A DNA stretch of 64,000 bases, from NCBI GenBank assembly GCA_041494685.1, contig JBGQBE010000002.1, forward strand, positions 1 to 64,000, in the 5' to 3' direction. The notes beneath the pieces were generated by a model. That model was given only the letters and a program-made list of their open reading frames with translations, searched no databases and was not told the DNA's origin. Within the stretch, counting starts at the first letter, position 1, and each line of letters begins with the position of its first letter. Source of the DNA: Dehalococcoidia bacterium. Lineage in GTDB: Bacteria > Chloroflexota > Dehalococcoidia > DSTF01 > JACRBR01. Positions 39,365 through 49,140 of this stretch are shown here, one piece after another. Made by a program: the position numbers and the translations under genes.

Positions 39365-40539
39365 GCGCCGGCCTTCGCCCGCTCCGCGGCGATGAGCACG
39401 CGCGCGACCTCCGGCCGCGAGAACTCGTGCGGCGGCTCGATGCCCTGCGTGAGGAATTCGCGCACCTGGGTGCCGGAGAGCGAGATGCGGTCCTCCGCAC
39501 CGTGCGGGCACGTCTTGCTCGAGGCCATGCCCTCGCAACGCTTGCAGAAGAAGGTGTGCTCGAAGAAGAGCGGCGTGATGCCGAGGCGCTGCGGGTCGAA
39601 CTCGCCGAAGATCAGCTGCGCGTCGTACGTGCCGTAGTAGTTGCCCACGCCGGCGTGGTCGCGGCCGACGATGAAGTGCGAGCAGCCGTAGTTCTTCCGC
39701 ATGATCGCGTGGAAGATCGCCTCGCGCGGCCCGGCGTAGCGCATAGCGGCGGGCAGCACCGAGAGGAGGACGCGGTCCTTCGGGTAGTAGTTTTCCAGCA
39801 GGACGCGGTAGCACTCCATGCGCACATCGGCGGGGATGTCGTCGGACTTCGTGTCGCCGACGAGCGGGTGCAGCAGCAGGCCGTCGGTGATCTCCAGCGC
39901 CGCCTTCTGGATGTACTCGTGGGCGCGGTGGACGGGGTTGCGGGTCTGGAAGCCCACGACGCGCTTCCAGCCGCGCTCGACGAACGCCGCGCGCGTCTGC
40001 GCGGGGTCGAGGCGGTACTCCGGGAAGGTCGGGTTGGCCGGACGGCGGAAGACACGCACCGAGCCGCCGAGCAGGATCTCGTCCTGGGCGTAGAGCGCGG
40101 CGACACCCGGGTGCTTCTCGTCCGTCGTGCGGTAGACCTTCTCGGCCTCGTGCTGCTTGTCGTAGGCGAAGGACTCGGCCACGGTCATCACGGCCAGCGG
40201 CGTGCCCTCACCGTCGGTGAGGGTGATGTCGCCCTGGAACGCGGCGGCCTGCGCCTCCGGCACGCTGAGCGTGACGGGGATCGACCAGGGGAGGCCGTCG
40301 GGCAGGTGCATACCGTCGACGCTGCTCTTGTACTGCGCCTGCGTCATGAAGCCGTCGAGGGGGCTGAAGCCGCCGTTGGCGAGCAGCTCCAAATCCGACA
40401 GCTCGCGCGAGTTGAGCGCACGCTTCGGCAGCGAGCGGGCCTTCTCTTCGAGCGCCTTCGCCTCATCGCCGGTCACCTGGCGCGGGTTGAGTTTGCCGCC
40501 GTGCGGCGCGATCAGTCCGTGTTCCGTCCCGTCAGCCAT
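39361..40539 (-). CDS. sat: Sulfate adenylyltransferase
   Basis: [40 protein letters not shown]. Confidence 0.96.
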   Translation of the reverse strand: MADGTEHGLIAPHGGKLNPRQVTGDEAKALEEKARSLPKRALNSRELSDLELLANGGFSPLDGFMTQAQYKSSVDGMHLPDGLPWSIPVTLSVPEAQAAAFQGDITLTDGEGTPLAVMTVAESFAYDKQHEAEKVYRTTDEKHPGVAALYAQDEILLGGSVRVFRRPANPTFPEYRLDPAQTRAAFVERGWKRVVGFQTRNPVHRAHEYIQKAALEITDGLLLHPLVGDTKSDDIPADVRMECYRVLLENYYPKDRVLLSVLPAAMRYAGPREAIFHAIMRKNYGCSHFIVGRDHAGVGNYYGTYDAQLIFGEFDPQRLGITPLFFEHTFFCKRCEGMASSKTCPHGAEDRISLSGTQVREFLTQGIEPPHEFSRPEVARVLIAAERAKAGA

Positions 40540-40682
40540 TCGATGTTCGTCCTTCCCGCCTATGCGTTGTCGGTCTTGTCCGTGCTCGCGGCGCGCTTCG
40601 CGCGGACGGGCCGCGAGATCTGTCCCCGCGGCTGACGCGCGGGGCCCGGCCGGTTACCGGGCTGTTCGTCCTCGCGCCGGGT

Positions 40683-41231
40683 TCAGGTCTTCGTCCGAGC
40701 CGCGATGAAGCCTGTCTCCTCCAGCCTCGCCAGGACCTTGACGACGCTCTCGGAGAGTTCCTCCGCTTCGGTATCGACCGTCACGTCCGGGTCCAGGGGC
40801 TCCTCGTATGGGTCGCTGATGCCCGTGAAGTTGGCGATCTCGCCCTTCAGCGCCTTCTCGTAGAGTCCCTTGACATCGCGGCGCGTCAACTCCGGGATCG
40901 AGCACTTGACGTACACCTCGACGAAATTGCCGACGTGGCGCCTCACCTCGTCGCGAATGTCGCGGTACGGGGAGATGGCCGACGCCAGCACGCAGACGCC
41001 GTTGCGCGTCAAGACCTCCGCCACCCAGCCGATGCGGCGGATGTTGGTGTCGCGGTCTTCCTTGCTGAAGCCCAGCCCCTTGCTCAGGTGCGTCCGCACG
41101 ACGTCGCCGTCGAGCTTCTCAAGCTTCGTGATGCCGCGCTCGCGCAGGAGCGGCTCCAGCGCATCGGAGATCGTCGTCTTACCGGCGCCCGAAAGCCCGG
41201 TGAACCAGACCGTGAAACCTCTCTGCTCCAA
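40683..41231 (-). CDS. cysC: Adenylyl-sulfate kinase
   Basis: WFTGLSGAGKT, LDGD, LGFSKEDRD, NFTGISDPYEEP. Confidence 0.95.
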   Translation of the reverse strand: MEQRGFTVWFTGLSGAGKTTISDALEPLLRERGITKLEKLDGDVVRTHLSKGLGFSKEDRDTNIRRIGWVAEVLTRNGVCVLASAISPYRDIRDEVRRHVGNFVEVYVKCSIPELTRRDVKGLYEKALKGEIANFTGISDPYEEPLDPDVTVDTEAEELSESVVKVLARLEETGFIAARTKT

Positions 41232-41363
41232 CCTCGTCGTCCTCCCTGTGGTCTACCGGGCACGGGGCGTCGCCGCCCACATGCACGCCCGGGCCGGCCC
41301 TCGCCGGCTCGTGGCAGCGTTACGCTCGCGATTGTGCTGCGGGGCGCACGTCGGGGCGCGCGG

Positions 41364-42113
41364 TTACTCCGCTGCGACTCCCTGCGTCAACGCGGTCTGC
41401 CCCTCCGGGAGGTGCAGTCCGCATTCCGTCTTCTCGAACCCCTGCCAGCGACCGCTGCGCGGGTCCGCCCCCGCCTGCACAGGCTTCGTGCAGTGCGTGC
41501 AGCCGATGCTGGGATAGCTGCGGTCGTGCAGCTCGTTGTAGGGCACGCCGTTGTCCAGGATGTACGCCCATACCTGCGACTCGCTCCACGCCGCAAGCGC
41601 GTTCACCTTCACCAGGTCGAACTTCGCGTCCCACTCCACCAGCGGGATGTCCGACCGCGTCTTCGCCTGGTCGCGGCGGATGCCGCTGATCCATGCGCGT
41701 TTGCCCGCCAGCGCCCGCCGGTTCGGCTCGACCTTGCGGATCGCGCAGCAGGCGTCCGGGTCGCGCGCCCAGAGCGCGTCGCCGTACTTCGCCGCCTGCT
41801 CCGACGGCGTCAGCAGCGACATGTACCCCGCAGGCGCGAAATTGTACTTCGCGGCGGCCAGGTCGCGCAGCCTGTACGTCTCGGGGAACAGGAAGTCAGT
41901 GTCAAGGTAGAAGACGGCGACCGAGCGGTCGATCCGCATCATCATGTCGAGCAGCACCATGCCCGACGGCCCGCCGAAGCTGCAGGCGAGCGACAGGTCC
42001 GGCTGGTAGCGCTCCGCGGCCCAGCGCAGGATCTCCTGCGGCGTCCCGCCCTCCAGCGTCGCCGATGCCGCGTGCAGCTCCGCCGCCATCTCCACCGTTG
42101 CTTCTTGCGTCAT
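41364..42113 (-). CDS. cysH: APS/PAPS reductase with [4Fe-4S] cysteines
   Basis: LDTDFLFPETY, CCAIRK, SIGCTHCT, RSGRW, ECGLH. Confidence 0.94.
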   Translation of the reverse strand: MTQEATVEMAAELHAASATLEGGTPQEILRWAAERYQPDLSLACSFGGPSGMVLLDMMMRIDRSVAVFYLDTDFLFPETYRLRDLAAAKYNFAPAGYMSLLTPSEQAAKYGDALWARDPDACCAIRKVEPNRRALAGKRAWISGIRRDQAKTRSDIPLVEWDAKFDLVKVNALAAWSESQVWAYILDNGVPYNELHDRSYPSIGCTHCTKPVQAGADPRSGRWQGFEKTECGLHLPEGQTALTQGVAAE

Positions 42114-42159
42114 AGCCGCTCCGTATGTCTCCGTCCCGATGCCGTCACCTACGCCGCTC

Positions 42160-43932
42160 CTAGACCGCGCACTCGCCTTCGCCCATGTCGTCGAGCGTGA
42201 AGAACTTGCTCTGTCCCCAGTCGACGTACGCCGTGGGGTCCTTGGTGAACTCCGGCACGACCCGGTACTCCGCCAGCAGTTCCTGCACGTGCGGCGTGCC
42301 GACGCGCGCGTGCCACGCGCCGAAGCGCTCGCCGTCGTTGCGTTCGCTCACGTAGGTGCCGATGAGCTTCTCGGCCGCGTCCGGGGCGTAGCGCGCGGGG
42401 ATTTTCATCGTGAGCTTCGCCAGTTTGCCTTCGCCCTGCGCGTTGCCGCCGAGCAGCAGCTGGAACGCCGGGATCTGCCGCTCGCCGCTGCGGATCGCCA
42501 TGCCGTAGAAGCCGATGTCGGCGACGTGGTGCTGGCCGCAGGAGTTCGGGCAGCCGCTGACCTTGATCTTGATCTCGTTCACCAGGGGGTCGCGGTACGT
42601 GCCGTTGCCGGCGAGGATGCGCTGCCGAAGCTCGGTACCCAGCCCCTTCGACGAGGTGACGCCGATGGCGCAGGTGTCGGCGCCCGGGCACGTCATCACG
42701 TCGGAGATCGTCATCGCGTGGTCCTCCGCCAGGCCAATGTCGGCGAGCGCGGCGTGGACGGCCGTGAGGTCGTCCTCGTGCACCCAGCGCAGGACGAAGT
42801 TCTGCGTGGCCGTCGTGCGGATGTGGCCGCCGCCGTAGTGGCGCGCGATCTCCGCAAGCGCGTGCATCTGGTCGGCGGTCACATCGCCGATCGGCAGCAG
42901 CACGTACGCCGTGTAGTAGGGCTGCTGCTTCTGGCGGATGATGTTGGTCCGGCGCCACACCTCGAAGCCGTCGCGCGCGGGCTTGACGCCGCCGTTGCGC
43001 GACGCCCACGAGCCGTGCGCCGGCGGCTCTTCGAGCAGCGTGAAATCCGGCTCGCGGTACTGTTCCGCGGTCGCCGGCGGCAGCGTCGCCAGCTCCAGCT
43101 CGTACAGGCGGCGGAACTCTTCGATGCCGATGCGCGCGATGAGGAACTTGATGCGCGCCTTGTTCTTGTTGCGGCGCTCGCCCAGGCGGTCCCAGACGCG
43201 GATGACGGCCTCGATGCTGCGGAGCTGCTCGTTGGCCGGGATGAAGTCCACCAGCACGTCGGCGATGCGCGGCGCGGCGCCCAGGCCGCCGCCGACGCTG
43301 ACGCGGAAGCCCTGCTGGCCGCCGCGCTCGACCGCCATGAGGCCGATGTCGTGGATCGGGATGAGGCCGCGGTCCTCCTCGCTGGCGGAGTAGCTGATCT
43401 TGAACTTGCGTGGCAGCTTCTGGTTCACCGGGTTGCGCAGGAAGTAGCGCATCGCCGCCTCAGCGTACGGCGTGACGTCGAACACGCAGTCGTCGGCGAT
43501 GCCGGTGAGCGGGTCCGCGGTGACGTTGCGGACGGTGTGGCCGCACGCCTCACGCGTCGTCACACCGACCTCTGCCAGACGGCGCATCACCTTCGGCGCG
43601 TCTTCGAGCATGACGAAGTGGAGCTGGATCGCCTGGCGGGTGGTGACGTGGCCGAGCTTGCGCATGGTGTAGGTCTCAGCGCAGTCGGCGATGGCGTGGA
43701 GCTGGTCGGGGGTGAGCGTGCCGTGGGGCACCTTGATGCGCATCATCTGGCGGTCGGCCTGGCGCTGGCCGTAGGTGCCGTGCTGCAGCCGGAAGGGGCG
43801 GAAGTCGTCGCCGAGACCGCCGCCCGCGCGCCATGCCAGGGCTTCCTTCTCGAAGTTGTTGATCTCGGCCTTGACGATGGCGTCGTTGGACTTGTCCTCG
43901 GCGAACTCCGAGCGGTTGCCCTGCGTGACCAT
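42160..43932 (-). CDS. sir: Siroheme sulfite reductase (ferredoxin-type)
   Basis: HVTTRQ.IQ, LPRKFK, CPGADTC, SGCPNSCGQH; first gene of the sulfate operon. Confidence 0.88.
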   Translation of the reverse strand: MVTQGNRSEFAEDKSNDAIVKAEINNFEKEALAWRAGGGLGDDFRPFRLQHGTYGQRQADRQMMRIKVPHGTLTPDQLHAIADCAETYTMRKLGHVTTRQAIQLHFVMLEDAPKVMRRLAEVGVTTREACGHTVRNVTADPLTGIADDCVFDVTPYAEAAMRYFLRNPVNQKLPRKFKISYSASEEDRGLIPIHDIGLMAVERGGQQGFRVSVGGGLGAAPRIADVLVDFIPANEQLRSIEAVIRVWDRLGERRNKNKARIKFLIARIGIEEFRRLYELELATLPPATAEQYREPDFTLLEEPPAHGSWASRNGGVKPARDGFEVWRRTNIIRQKQQPYYTAYVLLPIGDVTADQMHALAEIARHYGGGHIRTTATQNFVLRWVHEDDLTAVHAALADIGLAEDHAMTISDVMTCPGADTCAIGVTSSKGLGTELRQRILAGNGTYRDPLVNEIKIKVSGCPNSCGQHHVADIGFYGMAIRSGERQIPAFQLLLGGNAQGEGKLAKLTMKIPARYAPDAAEKLIGTYVSERNDGERFGAWHARVGTPHVQELLAEYRVVPEFTKDPTAYVDWGQSKFFTLDDMGEGECAV

Positions 43933-43959
43933 AACGACTCCTCCAGGCGATTCCCCTGC

Positions 43960-44019
43960 AATTTATGCAAGTGAATCGATTTAGTCAACATTATCGATCT
44001 GGAACCTGCCGTGAGTCAA
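43960..44019 (-). promoter_or_regulatory. Promoter(s) and candidate Rrf2 operator of the sir operon
   Basis: TTGACT-18-GATAAT plus an overlapping TTGACT-17-TAAATT; box TGTTGACTAAATCGATTCACTT. Confidence 0.65.
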
Positions 44020-44223
44020 GGGCGCGAGAGCAACACCACGGGCGGGAACGGTGCGGGGATACGGTGTCAGAGTCATTATGTCGCCCAGCCGCACCGCACC
44101 CCGGGACACACACCAAATATTGGAAACCCCCAGCAAGTCTTCGCCGCCGCCATCATCCGGGGCGTCCTCCCGGCCGATACCTTCCCATCGGGCAAACCTG
44201 GGATGACGATGATTGTCTAGCTG

Positions 44224-45585
44224 ATGCAAGAGCCGGGCCTGGGCGATCGTGGGCAGAGGGGCGATGCCGCGCCTCGCTCTACCCTCGCGCGCCTGACGTT
44301 CGCCCTGAAGCGGTTCGACGCCGCCCTGCCGATCGGTCTCAAGCTCGCCCTGCCGCTGATCTGCATCGCCGTCGCCATCGGCGGCATCCTCGGCGTCACT
44401 GTCTACCGTTCCGAGGCCAACCGTATCCGCAGCGATTACACGGCGCGCGCGTTCCTGGCAAGCGAGGACGTATATAGCGCCACCATCTCGAATGATGCCG
44501 GGGGTCCATCACCCATCGACTACCCGGGGGTGCAACGTGACATCGACTCGCTGGCGCAGCTGGATCCGTCGATCCTGCGCATCGACATCTTCGAGGTGCA
44601 CGGGCAAGCGTCCACGATCACGGCGAGTTCCGACCATAGCCGCATCAACACGCCTGAGAATGATGCCAAGGACCTGGCAGATGAGATCCGTGCCGCGCGC
44701 ACGCTGGGCGTCGTCAGCCACGACGATACGATCGGCCAGGTAACAACCGTGCACGTGACGGTGCCGTTCCGGGTCGCCGGTCACGCGCCGCTCACCGTCG
44801 CCATCCACCTGTCCACCGTCGAGCGCGACCGTGCGCTCGCAGCCCTGTTGCGCAACTTCGCCGTCGGCGGTGGGGCCGCTGCCGTGTTCGCAATAGTGGC
44901 GCTGGTAATAGGCGTGCGGCTGCTCATCTTCCGCCGCATCGAGCTGGTGCTCCGGGCCAGCGACCGCCTGCAAGCCGGCGATTTCGACGCGCGCGTAGAG
45001 CACTTCGCCGCCGAAGCGCCACGCGACGAGATGCTGCTTCTCGCCGCACGCTTCAACAGCATGGCCGCGTCGATCCAGGAGCTGCATGCCGCGGCGGAAG
45101 TGGCCGCCACGGTCGACCAGCTCACCGGCCTCTACAACCGCCGCTCCCTCATGGACACCCTCGAACGCGAGATCGCGCGCGCACGACGCCACGGCGGACC
45201 GCTCTCGGTGATGATGATCGACCTGGACGGGCTCAAGCAGGTCAACGACCGCCTCGGACATCTCGCCGGCGACGCGGCGATCCGCGGGGCCGCCGATGCG
45301 CTGCGCGACGTCCTGCGCGACAGCGACTACGCCGCGCGCCTGGGCGGCGATGAATTCGTGGCGGTGCTGCCCGGCTGCGATGAAGCGCTGCTGTGCCGCG
45401 TGCTGGACCGCCTGCAGATCGCCGCGACGCGCCAGGCCGTCGGCGACGGCATGGCGTGCACGGTCAGCGCCGGAGGCGCCGTGCTCCGCGACGCCGACGA
45501 CGCCCAGGTGCTCCTCGACCGCGCCGACACCGCCCTCTACGAGGCGAAGCGAGCCGGCAAGAACCGCTCACGCGTCGCCGCGTAG
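44224..45585 (+). CDS. Membrane diguanylate cyclase (TM-sensor-TM-HAMP-GGDEF)
   Basis: DQLTGLYNRR, NDRLGHLAGD, RDSD I-site, GGDEF. Confidence 0.92.
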   Translation: MQEPGLGDRGQRGDAAPRSTLARLTFALKRFDAALPIGLKLALPLICIAVAIGGILGVTVYRSEANRIRSDYTARAFLASEDVYSATISNDAGGPSPIDYPGVQRDIDSLAQLDPSILRIDIFEVHGQASTITASSDHSRINTPENDAKDLADEIRAARTLGVVSHDDTIGQVTTVHVTVPFRVAGHAPLTVAIHLSTVERDRALAALLRNFAVGGGAAAVFAIVALVIGVRLLIFRRIELVLRASDRLQAGDFDARVEHFAAEAPRDEMLLLAARFNSMAASIQELHAAAEVAATVDQLTGLYNRRSLMDTLEREIARARRHGGPLSVMMIDLDGLKQVNDRLGHLAGDAAIRGAADALRDVLRDSDYAARLGGDEFVAVLPGCDEALLCRVLDRLQIAATRQAVGDGMACTVSAGGAVLRDADDAQVLLDRADTALYEAKRAGKNRSRVAA

Positions 45586-45628
45586 CGCGTCTGTGCGCGT
45601 GTCGGACTAACATCCAGAAGCTCGCGTA

Positions 45629-46399
45629 CTAGCGGGCGACCTCGGGCGGTCGAACCCGCGGTGCAACGTCTCGTATCGTGCCCGCCGCACTGGGGCACAG
45701 GTCGCGCAGCACGCAGCTGTCGCAGCGGGGGCGTTGGGCGGTGCAGGTGCGGCGGCCGTGCTTGATCAGGCCGATGTGGAAAGCGTAGAAGTCCGCCGGC
45801 GGTACCCGCGCTTCCAGCAGCTCGTGCGCCTTCTCCGGGGTCATGGCGGCCCTGCCCGCGCGCTCCGGGATCAGCGCCAGCCGCTGCGCGACGCGGAAGA
45901 CGTGCGTGTCGACGGGCATCGCCGGGCGGCCCAGCGCGAACATCAGCACGCAGGCGACGGTCTTGGGGCCGACGCCGTGCAGCCCGCGCAGCCAGCCGCG
46001 CGCCTCCTCCAGCGGCAGGTCCGCGAGAAACGAGAGGTCGTAGCTGCCGCCGGTGCGCGCGCGGACGTCGCGCAGGACGGCCTGGATGCGCGGCGCCTTC
46101 GTCGGCGCGAGGCCGCCGGGCTGGATTGCGGCAATCAACTCGGGCAGCGGAGCATCGGCCACGGCGTCCCACGTGGGGAACGCCGCCATCAGGCGGACGA
46201 AGGCGCGGCCGGAGTTGGCGTCGTTCGTGTTCTGCGAGAGGATCGTCAGCACCAGCTCCGACATGGGGTCGCGGTGCGGCCGCCACTCCGGGATGCCGTA
46301 GGCGGCGTCAAGCCGGGCGACGATCTCCGGGATGCGCGCGACGTTGGGATGCGGCTTCGGGACGCGCGGGCTGCGCGCGGCGGGCTTCGGTGCTGGCAT
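45629..46399 (-). CDS. nth: Endonuclease III-like HhH-GPD DNA glycosylase
   Basis: LSQNTND, LHGVGPKT, PVDTHVFRV, C-x6-C-x2-C-x5-C. Confidence 0.82.
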   Translation of the reverse strand: MPAPKPAARSPRVPKPHPNVARIPEIVARLDAAYGIPEWRPHRDPMSELVLTILSQNTNDANSGRAFVRLMAAFPTWDAVADAPLPELIAAIQPGGLAPTKAPRIQAVLRDVRARTGGSYDLSFLADLPLEEARGWLRGLHGVGPKTVACVLMFALGRPAMPVDTHVFRVAQRLALIPERAGRAAMTPEKAHELLEARVPPADFYAFHIGLIKHGRRTCTAQRPRCDSCVLRDLCPSAAGTIRDVAPRVRPPEVAR

Positions 46400-46501
46400 G
46401 CACCGAGCATACGTGAGCGCGGCGCTACGCGGCACGCGGACGGCGACGCGGCCGGACGAGTCGTCCGGCCGCGTGCTGCTGGTCTCGATACCGAGGCCTG
46501 G

Positions 46502-47362
46502 TCAGTTCTGGATCTCGATGTCCGAGATCGTGCTGCCGAGCTGGCTCTGCCAGGCCATGCCCTCGGTCGTGTCGTCGAAGTAGACGTCTATCCACGTGGG
46601 CGAGAGCGAGCCGCGGTCCAGGCACTCGTACACCCGGCCCGTGGGATCGCCGGCGATGGTCAGCTTCGTGCCCAGAGGCAGGTTATTGCTGCACGCGGCG
46701 GCGCCAGGGAATGCCTGGATACCGCTGTACATGTGGTGGCAGAAGCCGCCACCCGGCCCGGTGCAGCCGTAAATCGTGATGCGAGCCCGGATGACCGAGC
46801 CGGCCGCCAGGCCGGACGCCGCGTTCAGCGACGTCGCGGGCGCGGGCGCCGATCGGGCCTGCGCGATCCGCGCGTCGTTGATACTGCGGAGAGCCTGGTA
46901 CACGGCCTCGTTTTGCTGCTGCACGGCGCCGGCCATCAGGGCGGCGCCCATCTGGTCGGCCGCGGGAGCGGCGGCGCTGTACGACTGCTCCCAGTTGCCG
47001 GCGACGCCCGCGGCGGCCCGGGCGGCGATCGGCGGCCCGTACAGGACCGGCGAGGACGCCGGCGAGCGCGTGCTGCTGGCGAAGGTGGTAACGGCGGGGA
47101 TCGAGCCGGCGAGCACGAGGAACGCGACGCCGATGACGACCGCGAGCATCATGTGCCGGGTGACCAGGTCCCGGACGGCGGTGGAAGTCCGGGGGGCGCT
47201 CACCGTCACCGCTGCGGCGGCTACGGGTTGCGGTTGCGGGGCTGCTTCGACAAAGGCGGGGGTCTGCCTTCGGTCGTTCACCAGCGCCATGCCGACTGAT
47301 GCGGCAGTTCCGGCGACCATCACGGCCGCACGAGCGCCAGCAGCGAATCCTCGGTAACTCAG
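46502..47362 (-). CDS. Membrane-anchored protein with C-terminal 3D/double-psi-beta-barrel cell-wall domain
   Basis: One TM segment, Ala-rich linker, AAAC..NLPLGT...CLDRG...WIDVYF. Start is either CTG 47362 (AAAGGAGG RBS) or a downstream ATG such as 47290. Confidence 0.72.
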   Translation of the reverse strand: MSYRGFAAGARAAVMVAGTAASVGMALVNDRRQTPAFVEAAPQPQPVAAAAVTVSAPRTSTAVRDLVTRHMMLAVVIGVAFLVLAGSIPAVTTFASSTRSPASSPVLYGPPIAARAAAGVAGNWEQSYSAAAPAADQMGAALMAGAVQQQNEAVYQALRSINDARIAQARSAPAPATSLNAASGLAAGSVIRARITIYGCTGPGGGFCHHMYSGIQAFPGAAACSNNLPLGTKLTIAGDPTGRVYECLDRGSLSPTWIDVYFDDTTEGMAWQSQLGSTISDIEIQN

Positions 47363-47588
47363 AGAGCTCCTCCTTTGGGCTTGCCCGGTACGGATATCAA
47401 ACAGTTGTCCCCACATCGGGAGGGCCGCCAGGCGGCTCGGGACGCAGGGTCTGTGCCACCAGGACAGGGAGCACAAAACGGGTGTAGTTTAACCACGGAA
47501 AACACTATGGCAAGTGAGATCCGGCAGGGGGACCCCCGTTTTCCGGGGTTTTGGGGGCTGCGGCAAACACTCTCAGCCGCGCCAATTC

Positions 47589-47617
47589 TGAATCTGGCGG
47601 AGCGCCTCCCAGATTCA
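47589..47617. repeat. Inverted repeat
   Basis: TGAATCTGG-N11-CCAGATTCA. Confidence 0.6.
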
Positions 47618-47709
47618 AGAAGGCTCAGCTTCGACGAGATGTTTCAGAAAATCTATGAAGGATGTGCCGAAATCGGCCCGATCCGGGTTGCTCGGACGCT
47701 ACTGATCAG

Positions 47710-47739
47710 TACGGGCCAAACTGCTCAGTTTGGCCCGTA
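47710..47739. terminator. Perfect 14-bp inverted repeat downstream of the thiolase
   Basis: TACGGGCCAAACTG-CT-CAGTTTGGCCCGTA; no U-tract. Confidence 0.55.
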
Positions 47740-47769
47740 GCATCGCTCGCTCTATGCGCGCGTACGGCG

Positions 47770-48942
47770 CTACACGCGCTCGAAGATCGTGGCGATACCC
47801 TGACCGCCGCCGATGCACAGGCTGACGAGCCCGTACTTTGCGTTGCGGCGCTCCAACTCATGCATCAGTTTCACCGTCAGGATGGCGCCCGTCGCGCCCA
47901 GCGGGTGGCCCAGCGCGATCGCCCCGCCGTTGACGTTCGTCTTCTCCGGATCCAGGCGCAGGACGGCGCTGCACGCCGCTGCCACCGAGGCGAAGGCCTC
48001 GTTCAGCTCGATGAGGTCGATGTCCTCGATGCTCAGCTTCGCCTTCTCCAGCGCCTTCTGCACCGCCGTGATCGGCCCGGCGCCCATGATGGAGGGCTCG
48101 ACCCCCGCCTCGGCGCGAGCGACCAGCCGCATGCGGGGCTTGAGGCCCAGCTCCGTCGCCTTCGACGCGCTCATCACCACCAGGGCGGCGGCGCCGTCGT
48201 TGATGCCGCTGGAGTTGCCGGCGGTGACCATGCCGCCCTCCTTGAAGGCGGCCCGGAGCTTGCCCAGCGCCTCGAGTGTGGTCGCGCGGGGATGCTCGTC
48301 GGTGTCGAAGGTGACGGTCTCCTTACCCTGCTTCACTTCCACCGGCACGATCTCGTCCTTGAACCTGCCGGCGGCGATGGCGGCGATAGCCCGCTCCTGG
48401 GAGCGCATGGCCACTTCGTCCTGCGCCTGGCGGGAGACCTCGTACTTCTCGGCCAGATTCTCGGCCGTGATGCCCATGTGCACCTTGCTGAACGGGTCGC
48501 CCAGCAGGTGCAGGATGCCGTCCTCCATGACGCCGTTGCCCATGCGGTAGCCGGTGCGGCCCTGCCGGACGTAGTACGGCATCATCGTCATGTTCTCGGC
48601 GCCGCCGGCCACCACGACGCTGGCGTCGCCGGCCTGGATGTAGCGTCCGGCCGTGTTGATGGCCTCGAGGCCGCTGCCGCAGATGCGGTTGACGGTCAGC
48701 GCGGGCGTCTCGATCGGCATGCCGGCCTTCACGGAGGCGTAGCGCGAAATGTAGCCGTCCTCCATCACCTGGCCGACGCAGCCCAGGATGACGTGGTCCA
48801 CCTGCTCCGGCTTCAGGCCGGCCCGCGCGACCGCCTCCTTGATGACGATGGCGCCGAGGTCCGACGCGGGCAAGTTGCTGAACGCGCCCTGGAACCGGCC
48901 GATGGCCGTACGCACGCCGCTGACGATGACAACATCTTCCAT
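47770..48942 (-). CDS. Acetyl-CoA C-acetyltransferase (thiolase)
   Basis: NRICGSG, NEAF, GHPLGATG, LCIGGGQG. Confidence 0.95.
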   Translation of the reverse strand: MEDVVIVSGVRTAIGRFQGAFSNLPASDLGAIVIKEAVARAGLKPEQVDHVILGCVGQVMEDGYISRYASVKAGMPIETPALTVNRICGSGLEAINTAGRYIQAGDASVVVAGGAENMTMMPYYVRQGRTGYRMGNGVMEDGILHLLGDPFSKVHMGITAENLAEKYEVSRQAQDEVAMRSQERAIAAIAAGRFKDEIVPVEVKQGKETVTFDTDEHPRATTLEALGKLRAAFKEGGMVTAGNSSGINDGAAALVVMSASKATELGLKPRMRLVARAEAGVEPSIMGAGPITAVQKALEKAKLSIEDIDLIELNEAFASVAAACSAVLRLDPEKTNVNGGAIALGHPLGATGAILTVKLMHELERRNAKYGLVSLCIGGGQGIATIFERV

Positions 48943-49140
48943 GGGTCGGGAACTCCTCTCGCCAGTCCGGCGGCTGCGGTCCACGGGGGCTGTGTTCGCG
49001 TGGGTGCTGGGAGTATATGGAGGGGCGGCAAAGTCGGTCAATCGAAAGCGGGGATTATGGCGAGGGTCGCGAAAACCGGACCCAGGATCCAAGCCTCAAT
49101 AGTCGGCGGCAGGCAGCTACTAAACGTCGCGGAAGGCGTC

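Noticed and set aside
44186..44215. GGGCAAACC upstream of the diguanylate cyclase, suggesting a c-di-GMP-I riboswitch
   Set aside because: No GNRA-capped P2 stem, GGGACGCAAAG segment or P3 stem can be found.
47521..47620. Resemblance to a c-di-AMP (ydaO) riboswitch (GGGGGACCC...TTTTGGGG...TGAATC) near a cell-wall gene
   Set aside because: It lies on the strand opposite the gene, and the conserved CCCGTCAGCTAAC 3' block is absent.
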